This document shows positions 28,731 through 38,581 of a DNA stretch of 64,000 nucleotides, one piece after another (position 1 is the stretch's first letter; each line of letters opens with the position of its first letter). The notes beneath the pieces are model-generated. The model was given only the letters and a program-made list of their open reading frames with translations, made no database searches and had not been told where the DNA came from. This stretch comes from Bradymonadia bacterium (lineage in GTDB: Bacteria > Myxococcota_A > Bradymonadia > UBA7976 > UBA1532): contig JBKAGE010000034.1 of assembly GCA_046290225.1 (NCBI GenBank), positions 384,001-448,000 of the forward strand, written 5' to 3'. The translations under genes and the position numbers were made by a program.

Positions 28731-30890
28731 CTAGCCTTCGACGCGGACCACCTCGGTGACCCCGTCGATGCGCTGGATGTTGTTGAGCACCTTCTGTAGC
28801 TGGTCAGAATCAGCCACCTGCACGGTGAAGTTGTTCACTGCCTTGGTGTCCCCGGTGGTGTAGCAGTTCACCGCGGTGATGTTGATGCCGGCGTTGTAGA
28901 AGGACTGGCTGATGGAGGCCAGCATGCCCGATGTGTCGGAGGTGAGCACCCGGATCTCCACGTCACGGGCGGCTCGCGATCGGCTGCTCCAGCTCACCTG
29001 CACCTTGCAGGCTGGATCGTAGTCCAGGGCCCTTGGGCAGTCTTTGCGGTGGATGACCACGCCCTTGACCCGGGTGACGAAGCCCACGACCTCTTCGCCG
29101 TGCACAGGGTTGCAGCACTTGGGGAACGTGGTGGCCACGCCCTCGACCCCATCGACGACGATGCCCCCATTGGGTTTGGGGAGCACCTTCTTGATGAGCT
29201 TCTTGATGGGGCTGTCGGGCTTCTTCTCTGCAGGGCCGCTCTCGAGGCGGCCTGCAGGCACCAGATCGGGCAACAGGGCGTCGACCCGGAGCTTGCCGTA
29301 GCCCACGAGGGCCACCATCTCGTTGATCGTGCGATACTTGTTCTTGTTCGCGCAGCTCTCAAGCTTGCCGGTCTTACGCACCTTGTTGAACGTCAAGTCG
29401 TATCGCTTGAGGGCCTGGTCCAGCATCTCCTGGCCCACTTGCAGCGCCTGCTCACGGGCCTCCTGGCGGATGTAGTTCCTGATCTTCGCCGCGGCGCGGC
29501 CGGTCTTGACGATCTTGAGCCAGGCCTGGTTGGGCTTGTTCCCCGGCGTACGCAGGATCTCGATGATGTCGCCGTTCTGAAGCTTGTAGTTCAGCTTCAC
29601 CATGCGGCCGTTCACCTTGGCACCGCTGCACTCATGCCCCAGATCGGTGTGGATCGAATAGGCAAAGTCGAGGGGGGTGGCCCCTCTCGGGAACGCCTTG
29701 ACGTCACTCTGGGGCGTGAAGACGTAGACCTCTTCGTTGAAGAGATCCACCTTCACCGTCTGCATGAAGTCGTTGGGATCTTTCAGATCTTGCTGCCACT
29801 CGAGCAGCTGTCGCAGCCAGTCGAATTTTCGATCCGGGCTTGCGCTCATGCCGTAGTTGGCTTCTTTGTAGGACCAGTGGGCGGCGATGCCGTACTCGGC
29901 GGTGCGGTGCATCTCCTCGGTGCGCACCTGGATCTCGAAACGCTCCCGATCGGGGCCCAGCACCGAGGTGTGCAGCGAGCGGTAGCCGTTGGGCTTGGGC
30001 AGGGCGATGTAGTCCTTGAACCGCCCGGGAACCGGCTTCCACAGGCTGTGCACGTGGCCGAGGGCCTCGTAGCACGATCCCACCTCGTCCACGAGGATGC
30101 GGAACGCCAGGATGTCGTACAGGTTCTCGAAGGCCGTCTCGGACTTCTTGATTTTTTGATGGATGGACCAGAGATGCTTGGGCCGGCCGTAGATCTCACA
30201 ATGGATGCCATGGCGCTTCATCTCGTTGTCGATGAGCCCCTTGACCTTCTCGATGTACGCCTCACGCTCTCGCCTGGTCTTCTTGATGAGCTCGGCGAGT
30301 GAGCGATATTCCTCTGGATACAGGTACTTGAAGCTGAGATCTTCGAGCTCGGTCTTGGCCCACGCGATGCCCAGCCGGTTGGCCAGGGGGGCATAGATCT
30401 CCAAGGTCTCCCGGCTGATGCGCTTCTGCTTGTCGGGCCTCAGGTGAGTGAGGGTGCGCATGTTGTGCAAGCGGTCGGCGAGCTTCACCACGATGACCCG
30501 CAAGTCGCGGCTCATGGCCACCACCATCTTGCGGAAGTTCTCCGCCTGAGCCTCCTCGGCGTTGGAGAATTTGATCTTCTCCAACTTGGTGAGCCCTTCG
30601 ACGAGGAAGGCCACATCCTTGCCGAACTGCGTCTCGAGCTGCTCGACGGTGGCCACGGTGTCTTCAATGGTGTCGTGCAGCAGGGCCGCAGCCACGCTGG
30701 CAGGATCCATACGCAACCGGGCGACGATGTAGCTGACTTCGAGCGGATGCGTGAGGTAGGGCTCACCGCTGCGCCGAGTCTGCCCCTCGTGGGCCATGGC
30801 GCTGAAGATGTAGGCCCCCTGCACGAGGCCAGTGTCGGCGTCAGGATGATGCCGTTTCAGCTCGTTCACCACGTCTTCGAGACGAACCAT
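28731..30890 (-). CDS. relA/spoT: Bifunctional (p)ppGpp synthetase/hydrolase (long RSH)
   Basis: HD domain (LLHDTIED), synthetase (GRPK, YRSLHT, EIQVRT), TGS and ACT domains. Start at MVRLED (30890). Confidence 0.97.
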   Translation of the reverse strand: MVRLEDVVNELKRHHPDADTGLVQGAYIFSAMAHEGQTRRSGEPYLTHPLEVSYIVARLRMDPASVAAALLHDTIEDTVATVEQLETQFGKDVAFLVEGLTKLEKIKFSNAEEAQAENFRKMVVAMSRDLRVIVVKLADRLHNMRTLTHLRPDKQKRISRETLEIYAPLANRLGIAWAKTELEDLSFKYLYPEEYRSLAELIKKTRREREAYIEKVKGLIDNEMKRHGIHCEIYGRPKHLWSIHQKIKKSETAFENLYDILAFRILVDEVGSCYEALGHVHSLWKPVPGRFKDYIALPKPNGYRSLHTSVLGPDRERFEIQVRTEEMHRTAEYGIAAHWSYKEANYGMSASPDRKFDWLRQLLEWQQDLKDPNDFMQTVKVDLFNEEVYVFTPQSDVKAFPRGATPLDFAYSIHTDLGHECSGAKVNGRMVKLNYKLQNGDIIEILRTPGNKPNQAWLKIVKTGRAAAKIRNYIRQEAREQALQVGQEMLDQALKRYDLTFNKVRKTGKLESCANKNKYRTINEMVALVGYGKLRVDALLPDLVPAGRLESGPAEKKPDSPIKKLIKKVLPKPNGGIVVDGVEGVATTFPKCCNPVHGEEVVGFVTRVKGVVIHRKDCPRALDYDPACKVQVSWSSRSRAARDVEIRVLTSDTSGMLASISQSFYNAGINITAVNCYTTGDTKAVNNFTVQVADSDQLQKVLNNIQRIDGVTEVVRVEG

Positions 30891-30919
30891 GATGCCTCCC
30901 CTGGGGCGCTGGCCAGAGC

Positions 30920-31516
30920 TCAGCCCTCTTTGAGGGCCTCGAGCAAGGGGTGCTGCGGGCACGCGCGCAGCTGATGCGCCCGGTAGATGTGCTCTAGATC
31001 GGTGACCGCCTCTGCACGCTCGGCGTTGAGCACCAGATAATCGTAGCTGTCTGCGGCGAGGATCTCTTCCCTGGCCCGCGCCAGACGGCGCAACACCGTG
31101 GCCTCATCTTCGGTCTGACGACCCCGCAGCCGATCTTCGAGGGCGGCCCACGAAGGTGGCAGGATGAAGACGGTGGCAGCCTCCGGGTAGGCCGCCTTGA
31201 GCTTCGCCGCGCCGATGATCTCCACCTCGAAGAGCAGGTCACGCCCTTCGACTCTGGCCTGCTCGATGGTGCTGTGGGCCGTGCCGTACAGGTTGCCGGC
31301 GTATTCGGCCCACTCCACAAAGCCACCTGCTTCGACGGTCTCTTCGAAGGATGCCCGAGAGACAAAGTGGTAGTGCTGCCCGTCGATCTCGCCGGGCCGA
31401 GGGGCCCGGGTGGTGTGACTCACCGAGAAGCCGAGTCCTTCATGTTTCGCCAGCAGCGCCCGGGCCAGGGTCGATTTGCCCGTCCCGCTCGCTGCAGAGA
31501 TGACCAGCAACACCAT
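30920..31516 (-). CDS. gmk: Guanylate kinase
   Basis: SAASGTGKST, SHTTRAPRPGE, YHFV, NLYGT. Confidence 0.96.
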   Translation of the reverse strand: MVLLVISAASGTGKSTLARALLAKHEGLGFSVSHTTRAPRPGEIDGQHYHFVSRASFEETVEAGGFVEWAEYAGNLYGTAHSTIEQARVEGRDLLFEVEIIGAAKLKAAYPEAATVFILPPSWAALEDRLRGRQTEDEATVLRRLARAREEILAADSYDYLVLNAERAEAVTDLEHIYRAHQLRACPQHPLLEALKEG

Positions 31517-31525
31517 GGGCCTTGC

Positions 31526-32431
31526 CTACTCCACGTTTTGCACCTGCTCTCGCAGGCGCTCGAGTTCCACCTTGAGATCGACCACGTGCTGGGAGATCTC
31601 CACGTCCTGAATCTTGCTGCCGATGGTGTTGACCTCCCGGTTCATCTCCTGAAACAGGAAGTCCATCCGCCGGCCGATGCCGTCCTTGCCCTTGCTGCCA
31701 GTGCGGATCAGCTGCCGGGCCTGGGTGACATGACTGCCCAGCCGGGCGATCTCCTCGGCGACATCAATCTTCTCGGCGAAGAGGGCGACCTCGTGGATCA
31801 CCCGACCGGGATCAGCCTGAGCGCCGATGCGCTCCAAGGCGTCGTTAAGGCGCCCCTCGAGCCGCTTGCGGTAGGCCTCGCTCAGCTCGGGGGCCCTAGC
31901 GTTCACCGCGGCGGTGAGCTGCTCCATACGCTCAAGGTGACCGAGGAGTACGGTCTGCAAGGTCGCCCCCTCTGTGGCCCGCATGGTCTTGAGGGCGGCG
32001 ACGGCGGCGTCGAGGGCCTCACCGATGATCTGGCGCTGAGCCTCTTCGCTCACCTGCTCTTCTACGGCGGTGAGCACACCGGGGGTCTGGGCCAGCATGC
32101 GCGTGTTGAGATCGAGACGCGCTCCGGTGATCTCGGCGATGCGGGTGTGACCTTCGACGATGGCCTTGAGCAACGCCTCGTTCACGTGCACTGCGGCCTG
32201 GGTGTCGGACTCACCATCGATGGGCTGGATGGAGACGTCTATCCGGCCTCGGCGAAGCGCCTTCGACAGACGCTGGCGAATGAAGTGTTCGTGGGGGGAA
32301 AAGCGCTTGGGCACCTTGAGGCGCAGCTCAAGGTACCGGTGATTGAGGGCTCTGAGCTCTACGGTGTAGCGGCTCTGGCCCATCTGCGCTTCGCTTCGAC
32401 CGAAACCGGTCATACTGTGAATCACGCTCAT
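31526..32431 (-). CDS. yicC: YicC/YloC family endoribonuclease
   Basis: SMTGFG, NHRYLE, EEIARL.SH, QEMNREVNTIGSK, REQVQNVE. Confidence 0.96.
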   Translation of the reverse strand: MSVIHSMTGFGRSEAQMGQSRYTVELRALNHRYLELRLKVPKRFSPHEHFIRQRLSKALRRGRIDVSIQPIDGESDTQAAVHVNEALLKAIVEGHTRIAEITGARLDLNTRMLAQTPGVLTAVEEQVSEEAQRQIIGEALDAAVAALKTMRATEGATLQTVLLGHLERMEQLTAAVNARAPELSEAYRKRLEGRLNDALERIGAQADPGRVIHEVALFAEKIDVAEEIARLGSHVTQARQLIRTGSKGKDGIGRRMDFLFQEMNREVNTIGSKIQDVEISQHVVDLKVELERLREQVQNVE

Positions 32432-32472
32432 CTTGCTGGTGGTACCACAACTGCCGACCGGGCCATAGATCG

Positions 32473-34824
32473 TTATGGGCGCATGTCGGATGCGGTGCCC
32501 TCAGGGGCCACCATCGCCCGAGGTCGAGGGGGCCCCACCCTCGGGGTGAAGGCCAGCCCGCTGCTGCGGCCGGGGGGCAGCTGGAGCGTGCCCGCTTCAC
32601 CTGCTGCATCGAGCTGAGTGATGCCCTCAGGGCCACCGGTGAAGTAGCGCACGGCGGGTGGATCATCATCAAAGTGACCCTGCCCGAGGACACAGCCTTC
32701 GAGTACGCCGAGGCTGCTCAGTGCGAGGGCGGCATGATCAAGGCCAGCATGATCAAGACCGGCACTGTCGGGCACGGCATCGCCACGGCTCTCCACGAGA
32801 ATCAGCCGACCGCTGGGGTCGACCCCAGCGGCGTACAGGGGGCCGGCGTGGGCGGCAACCTGCACATCGTGCCGTCGACCCTGATGAAGCAGAAGCTCTC
32901 CCTGCAACGCCCAGGGGCCCATCACGTCAGCCTCCATACCCGGGGTCCCCAGGAGGCCCGATCTCAGCGCGCCTTCCCGATCCGCGAAGACAGTACAGGC
33001 ACCTTCGACGAGCGGCGTCCATGCTTGGTTGCTGATCTGCAAACCACGCTCGCTGGTCGCTGCGCCGAGCAGTAACCAGGCTGCAGGCGCCCGATCGAGC
33101 GTGAGCCCGGTGGGCGCGCCCTCCGCAGGGCGGGGCTCTCCCTGCCCGGGGATCAGGTGTGCAGTCAGATGCTCGGGGTCGATGCGCAACACCTGCACCC
33201 CGGGCCACTGGTCCACAGCAACCCTCTCCATGGCCCGGGCGATGCCTGCAGCCTGTGCGCCTGGGTCAGGCCGGCCTGCTGAGGGCAGGGTCAGATAGAA
33301 GAACGTGTGCTCAAGGCGTCGAGGCCAGGCAGCAGGCTCGATCTCCATCTCGGCGAGGGCGGGTACGACCGGCGCCGACGCCCCACCTGGGGCCCAGGCG
33401 AGCCCACTCTGACGACTGCAGCCAAGGTCCACCGCCCGCACCACCCCCACCGCACTCAACGCTGCGGAGATCTGTTCAGCACTCGCCAGGGGTGACCAGG
33501 CATAAATCAGTGTTTGCGCCTCAGTGAGCCCCAGAGCCCCACACCTGGCCTTGATCTGCCGGCTGTTGTCCATGGCAGTGTCCTCGAGCAGAGCCTCGAC
33601 GCCTTGATACAGACCCCAGGGCTCGACGCCGGAGGGTTTACCGAGGCCCACTGCACCTTGAGCATCGATGGAGAGCGCAAGGGCGTCGGCAACAGGGGAC
33701 GCCAGGGTGATCCCCTTACTCACCAGGCCTCTGGGCTCGGCGGGGCCCATGAACAGGGCCACAGCCTGATCTCGATGCCCTTCGGGTATGGCGCCTGGAC
33801 CAGCATGGCCCTCGGGACCCACTGCGCTGCCAGCGACCATGTGCAATTGAGCCTGATTCAGATCGACCCGGACCAGGTAGATCTCGGTGTCCTCCATCGT
33901 GAGGGTTTGCGTGCTGACCACTCCCCTGCCCCGCTCGCCGAGGGCCTCCACGCTGAACCAGCCTTCCCCTTGAGGCTCAGAGCGCCCGTGGCTCCTGCCG
34001 TGCCCCTGACCCTCAAGCTCGGCGATGGCTTCGGCAACCCACTGTCGTGCATGGGACCACTGCTTGGGGAAGATGGTGGCTGCAGATCCCTGATGCAGGA
34101 CCCCAATGGCAGGGGGGCTCAACGATCCAGAGGTCCAGCTGATCTCCACAGGCTGCCCATCGACCTCGAGACGGGTCACATCGGCCCCCTCGCCCTCGAG
34201 CACGGTCACGATGCGCCCTGGGCGGTGTAGCCTGACTTCCTCTCTCCTCAACCCCACTGGTTGCTCTCCGGAGAGCATCAACCACGCCGACCACATCCCC
34301 TCAGGGCTCAGAGACAAGGTCTGGTGACGGAGTTCTGCAGTCAGCCGAACGATGCCAGTGATCTCTCCACCGCTCTGTACCGCGAAGAGCGCTGCGGGGC
34401 CTGAGGATCCCAGGAGGCGCTCCGTGGCCATGGGCGAGGTCGCCACAGGGCGTACGTCCTCGATGGAGATCAGCACGCCTTCTTCGGTGATCTCGCCGGA
34501 GAGCGCCACGATGTCACGTGACTCCGCCTCTGCTTCCGACGTCGAGGTCTCTGTGCTCGGGGCTGCCGCCGCAAGCGCCACGATGGTGTGGGTACCGGTC
34601 CACTGGACCGGCTCTCCGCGCCTGGGCAGCACTGCGACCTGCTCGACCGAGGTCGACCAGCCCTTGGCAGCGAGGGCGCTGACCACCGCGGCCTTCGCTC
34701 CGTCCTCGCCAGGTGGAGGGGCCTCTCCAAGCTGCATCCGCGCAGCGCCGGCGCCCACGAGGGCGGCGAGCCCACCGATGAGCAGCCGGCGGCCGAAGCC
34801 AGCATATGTGGTCTTGTCAGCCAT
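32473..34824 (-). CDS. Membrane-anchored hypothetical protein, possibly with two degenerate phosphodiester-glycosidase (NAGPA-like) domains
   Basis: N-terminal TM; twice-repeated pattern of (V/L)R(V/I)D...H(M/L)(V/I)xG followed by a G-x-(T/D)...LI...AL...GV segment. Family call is tentative. Confidence 0.55.
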   Translation of the reverse strand: MADKTTYAGFGRRLLIGGLAALVGAGAARMQLGEAPPPGEDGAKAAVVSALAAKGWSTSVEQVAVLPRRGEPVQWTGTHTIVALAAAAPSTETSTSEAEAESRDIVALSGEITEEGVLISIEDVRPVATSPMATERLLGSSGPAALFAVQSGGEITGIVRLTAELRHQTLSLSPEGMWSAWLMLSGEQPVGLRREEVRLHRPGRIVTVLEGEGADVTRLEVDGQPVEISWTSGSLSPPAIGVLHQGSAATIFPKQWSHARQWVAEAIAELEGQGHGRSHGRSEPQGEGWFSVEALGERGRGVVSTQTLTMEDTEIYLVRVDLNQAQLHMVAGSAVGPEGHAGPGAIPEGHRDQAVALFMGPAEPRGLVSKGITLASPVADALALSIDAQGAVGLGKPSGVEPWGLYQGVEALLEDTAMDNSRQIKARCGALGLTEAQTLIYAWSPLASAEQISAALSAVGVVRAVDLGCSRQSGLAWAPGGASAPVVPALAEMEIEPAAWPRRLEHTFFYLTLPSAGRPDPGAQAAGIARAMERVAVDQWPGVQVLRIDPEHLTAHLIPGQGEPRPAEGAPTGLTLDRAPAAWLLLGAATSERGLQISNQAWTPLVEGACTVFADREGALRSGLLGTPGMEADVMGPWALQGELLLHQGRRHDVQVAAHAGPLYAAGVDPSGRLILVESRGDAVPDSAGLDHAGLDHAALALSSLGVLEGCVLGQGHFDDDPPAVRYFTGGPEGITQLDAAGEAGTLQLPPGRSSGLAFTPRVGPPRPRAMVAPEGTASDMRP

Positions 34825-34875
34825 ACCCCCTCTTTGTCGGCAATTTCGCCAGAAGGCCTGACCGCTTGATGCAGG

Positions 34876-36363
34876 TCAGCTCAGGGCAGAGAAGTAGGGC
34901 GCATCAGTGAAGCCGATGTGAGGGGTGTAGATCGTGAGGCCCACCCCATGGGTGTACAGGGCCCTCGCCAGCGTATCTCGATCGATGAGGCGCAGCGCAT
35001 CGGCGATGTGCTCGCCCACCTCGGCGAGCTCTCCAAGGGAGATCACCCAGCCCTCGTCGGCGCCCAGGGCGTCGAGGTGGCTCGCGAAGGCCTCGAGGGT
35101 GGCCTCGGCGATGGGGGCCATGGCAGAGCAGGCCATGACCGCGATGGTCTGATCGGCCCCTTCTGCACGAAACAGGACGTTGCCGCTGCCATCTTGATGG
35201 ATGATCGAGACCGCATCGTGGCCCATGGCCACGATGAGCGCGCGGATCACCTCGGTGAACCCGAGATGATCGAGCTGAGATAACCGGTTGATCAAATCGC
35301 GGCGCACCAGCTCTCGCTGCTCGCCGAGGGCCACCTGAATCTGGCGCTCCAGCTCTCGGTAGCGCTCGGAGACCGACCACTCCGAAAGCGCGAGCCGGTC
35401 GTCGGGGTAGCGCACGAAGGGGGGGCGCTGCCCGGTGAGCGCTCGACGATGGTTCTCACCCTCCACAAGATCCCAGAGACGTCGGGAGATCTCTGGGGCA
35501 TGCAGACCAATGTCCTCGAGGATCTCCTCTCCATCGATGGGCACACCGGCCTCACGGAGCGCTTGGATGATGGAGGTGATGATGACGTCGTCTGCCAGAG
35601 CTGCCGGCTCGGCGGGCCCAGTCTCTTCGGCAGACCCAACCTCTTCGGCCGGCTCATCTTCCGGCACCTCGACGGATGCATCTTCATCCTCGACAAGCAC
35701 TGGGGCTGCAGCCGCTTTCGGCGCTTCAGGTGCTTCCTGAACCACAGGGCCTGCTGGCGACTTGCTCTCGGGTGCCTCGGCACCGCCCAGGAGGCGCTCG
35801 GCTCGATCGCTCAGGCGCTGCCACACATCAGTGGCCAGAGGCACACCGTTGGCCATGGCGGCGGCGATCTCTTCAATGGCCATGGGGGCAACGGGGGCGT
35901 CGCCGGCCAGATCCTGAGCCCCACGACGTCTGCGCTTACGCCGGTCATCTGCAGCTCGCCGGCGGCCACGACGGTGACTGCGCTCCTCGTCGAGCATCGC
36001 CTCGAGATCCGCCTCGTCTTCCAGGCTCATCTCTGCATCAGACTCGGGATCGAGATCCCCGATGGTCTCGTCGAGCGACAGCTCGCTGTCCATGCTCTCC
36101 AGAGCTTCCAGCTCGATGGGTGGGGCCTCGATGGTGAGGGGCTCTCCGCTGGCGAGGGCGAAGACGCCCGGGCGCGTCTCGGTGAGCAGGCGACCGGCGA
36201 CGGCCACCCTCAACCGGGCCTTGAGGGCGTCGAGGCTCAGGGCTTCCGGGGCCTGCCAGCCAGCGGCCTCGGCCTTCACCAGAATCTTTCGCGCGTTCAG
36301 GGGACGCCCGGCATTTCGCAGGACCTCCATGGCGGCATAGACAAAGCCTGACGCGTTGGACAT
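34876..36363 (-). CDS. HARE-HTH protein with acidic linker and a degenerate Mrr-like endonuclease domain
   Basis: AAMEVLRNAGRPL...PGVFAL; a second wHTH ending PPFVR...LALSEW; C-terminal F..VI.AL..AMGH...G.VIS.G pattern. Confidence 0.7.
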   Translation of the reverse strand: MSNASGFVYAAMEVLRNAGRPLNARKILVKAEAAGWQAPEALSLDALKARLRVAVAGRLLTETRPGVFALASGEPLTIEAPPIELEALESMDSELSLDETIGDLDPESDAEMSLEDEADLEAMLDEERSHRRGRRRAADDRRKRRRRGAQDLAGDAPVAPMAIEEIAAAMANGVPLATDVWQRLSDRAERLLGGAEAPESKSPAGPVVQEAPEAPKAAAAPVLVEDEDASVEVPEDEPAEEVGSAEETGPAEPAALADDVIITSIIQALREAGVPIDGEEILEDIGLHAPEISRRLWDLVEGENHRRALTGQRPPFVRYPDDRLALSEWSVSERYRELERQIQVALGEQRELVRRDLINRLSQLDHLGFTEVIRALIVAMGHDAVSIIHQDGSGNVLFRAEGADQTIAVMACSAMAPIAEATLEAFASHLDALGADEGWVISLGELAEVGEHIADALRLIDRDTLARALYTHGVGLTIYTPHIGFTDAPYFSALS

Positions 36364-36493
36364 GTGCTCGCTCGCTGAAGTGGGTTTGGCGAGGCACGGT
36401 AGGCCATGTTGGCCTCACAGTCGAGGCTCTCAGAACGATCACATGCAGATGCCCTGACTTGCAGGCTCTGGGCCCTTCTGACACCATCCGCCG

Positions 36494-38566
36494 ATGTTTT
36501 CAGTGACCCTCGATCTGGGGCATCGCTGGTGGGCGGAGTGGCCCACGGCCTGCCCCCCCGACTGGCCCATCGATACGATCCATGTATCGGCCGGCTCTCC
36601 CGAGCAGCGAGTGTGCCTCGGCCGCCACCCGCTCCTCCCATTTTTGAAGGCACTCGCCGAAGCCCTCGACCGTCTCGAGCACGGACCAGCGACCGTCGGG
36701 GGCGCAGATGAAGTGGTGTTGCACCCGGGCGGCGGCGTCGACGCTGTCACCATGTGCTACTTCGCCGTTGACGACACAGTCACAACGCCCTTCTCCCGAG
36801 ACGCACTCAAGCGAGCCATCGCCGAGGCCCGCCAGCACGTGCTCGAACACATCAGCCTCAGATGGCCTGCTCACCCACCTTTGCCCGAGATGATCCGTCG
36901 CGACATCGAGGCCGCCCTGGCCTGCCCGCGCGGGGATCACATCACCCTCAGGGCCGCGCCTGATGGGGTCCTCTTCTGCATCGCTGACCAGGCACCTGTG
37001 CTCATCCCCAAGACACAGATGCCCTCGATCGTCGGGCGCCTGTGCACCGCGGCGGAGACCTCGCTGAAGACCCGCAGCTGGCCTGGTGGTCAGTGGGAGT
37101 TCGCCCTCGACGACGAGGGGCAGATCAAGCTCAGGCTGCAGGGCCGTGGAGCAATGCTGGAGGGGGTCCTCGTCGATCGCGGCCGTCTTCCACTCACGCA
37201 CAGCTTCTCAATCTCTGCAGAGCGACTCGCCGACGCAGCAATCTGGGGTGCTGGCGAGGCAGATCTGGAAGACGAACGACCCCTTCACGAAGCCCAACAG
37301 CTCGGCCGGTGGGCGCGAACGCTGCGCACACCCCCTTTCGCGTTGACGCTGGAGCGCGGCCACGGTGATGTCTCGCCCCAGCCAGCCCGTGCGGTGCCCG
37401 AGGGGTCTCCGCTGCCTGTGAAGGGCTTGCACCACCTCGCCTACCGACGCCGATGGCGTCAGGATGATCTCAATCCGTCGAAAGGCTCCATCAGGGTGGT
37501 GGGTGATCACGTGCAATACAGCGCGGGCGATCAGATTCTCACCCTGGATCGACGGACAGGAGAAACACTCTGGACGCACGACCACGCCCACCTGCCCCCC
37601 TGCCCCGGACCTCTCGATCTGCTCCTCGACGCGGCGGGTTGTCTCATTCGGGTCGACACGGACAACCAGACTCAGCGCTGGCAGGCCACCATCGGCGACG
37701 GCGGACTCTCGGCCCTCGACCTCTCAGATGACGCCTTGCTCGTCGGGGGCGTCGACGGCGCCCTGCAGCGGCTCTCCGCCGAGACCGGTGAGCTGATCTG
37801 GCGCCGCCACACCCTGCACGGTGCAGTCTCGAGCGTAGTGACCTCTGACACCGCGTGCTGGTGCCTCGGCGAAGACGGCCTGGTGTACGGCTTGCGGCAG
37901 AACGACGGCATGCTCGCCTTCGCCTTCCCCCTCGCCGGAGAGCCTGAAGGTGCCCCGCTCCTCACCGCCGCGGGGCTGTTGGTGGTGAGCCACGCAGGGC
38001 CGGGCTTCGAGAGCCAGCTGACTCTCCTCGACCCTTACACAGGCACCGTCGAGTGGACGCGTACCTTGGAGGGCACGGCGATCACCGCCTCAGCTCAGGT
38101 GGGTGAAGACGCAGTTTTGATCCTGGAGCGCCTCGAAGGGCTCTATATGGTCAGAGTGGCCCTCGCCGACGGCGGCGTCCGCTGGCAGCTCGACTTGCCC
38201 ACAGAGGCAGAATCCGACCCCGGCACCCTCACGGTGCTCGACGAGCTCGCATGCATCAAAGGCATGGAGGGCGAGACCACCGGCGTCGATCTCCAGCGCG
38301 GCAAGATACTGTGGCAGGTATCCGCCGAGGCGGGCTCGGACGCCCTGGTGAGCAATGCTGCGGTGGTGGCGTGCCGTGGGCTCTTGTTGATCCCCGGCTC
38401 TACAGTCAGGGCCATCGACCCTCAGACTGGCCGGGTGATCCACAGCCTGCCGTGTGAAGATCTAGTGCCCAGCTGGATCCACGTATGGCCAGATGGCGAT
38501 CTGCTCGTCGCCGAAGACAACGCCCTGGCGTACTTCTTCCTCGGCGGACACCTGGGCCTGGTCTGA
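36494..38566 (+). CDS. PQQ-like beta-propeller repeat protein, no signal peptide
   Basis: Repeated LD..TG...W blades across the C-terminal half. Confidence 0.8.
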   Translation: MFSVTLDLGHRWWAEWPTACPPDWPIDTIHVSAGSPEQRVCLGRHPLLPFLKALAEALDRLEHGPATVGGADEVVLHPGGGVDAVTMCYFAVDDTVTTPFSRDALKRAIAEARQHVLEHISLRWPAHPPLPEMIRRDIEAALACPRGDHITLRAAPDGVLFCIADQAPVLIPKTQMPSIVGRLCTAAETSLKTRSWPGGQWEFALDDEGQIKLRLQGRGAMLEGVLVDRGRLPLTHSFSISAERLADAAIWGAGEADLEDERPLHEAQQLGRWARTLRTPPFALTLERGHGDVSPQPARAVPEGSPLPVKGLHHLAYRRRWRQDDLNPSKGSIRVVGDHVQYSAGDQILTLDRRTGETLWTHDHAHLPPCPGPLDLLLDAAGCLIRVDTDNQTQRWQATIGDGGLSALDLSDDALLVGGVDGALQRLSAETGELIWRRHTLHGAVSSVVTSDTACWCLGEDGLVYGLRQNDGMLAFAFPLAGEPEGAPLLTAAGLLVVSHAGPGFESQLTLLDPYTGTVEWTRTLEGTAITASAQVGEDAVLILERLEGLYMVRVALADGGVRWQLDLPTEAESDPGTLTVLDELACIKGMEGETTGVDLQRGKILWQVSAEAGSDALVSNAAVVACRGLLLIPGSTVRAIDPQTGRVIHSLPCEDLVPSWIHVWPDGDLLVAEDNALAYFFLGGHLGLV

Positions 38567-38581
38567 CGCAGTGTGTGGTCT

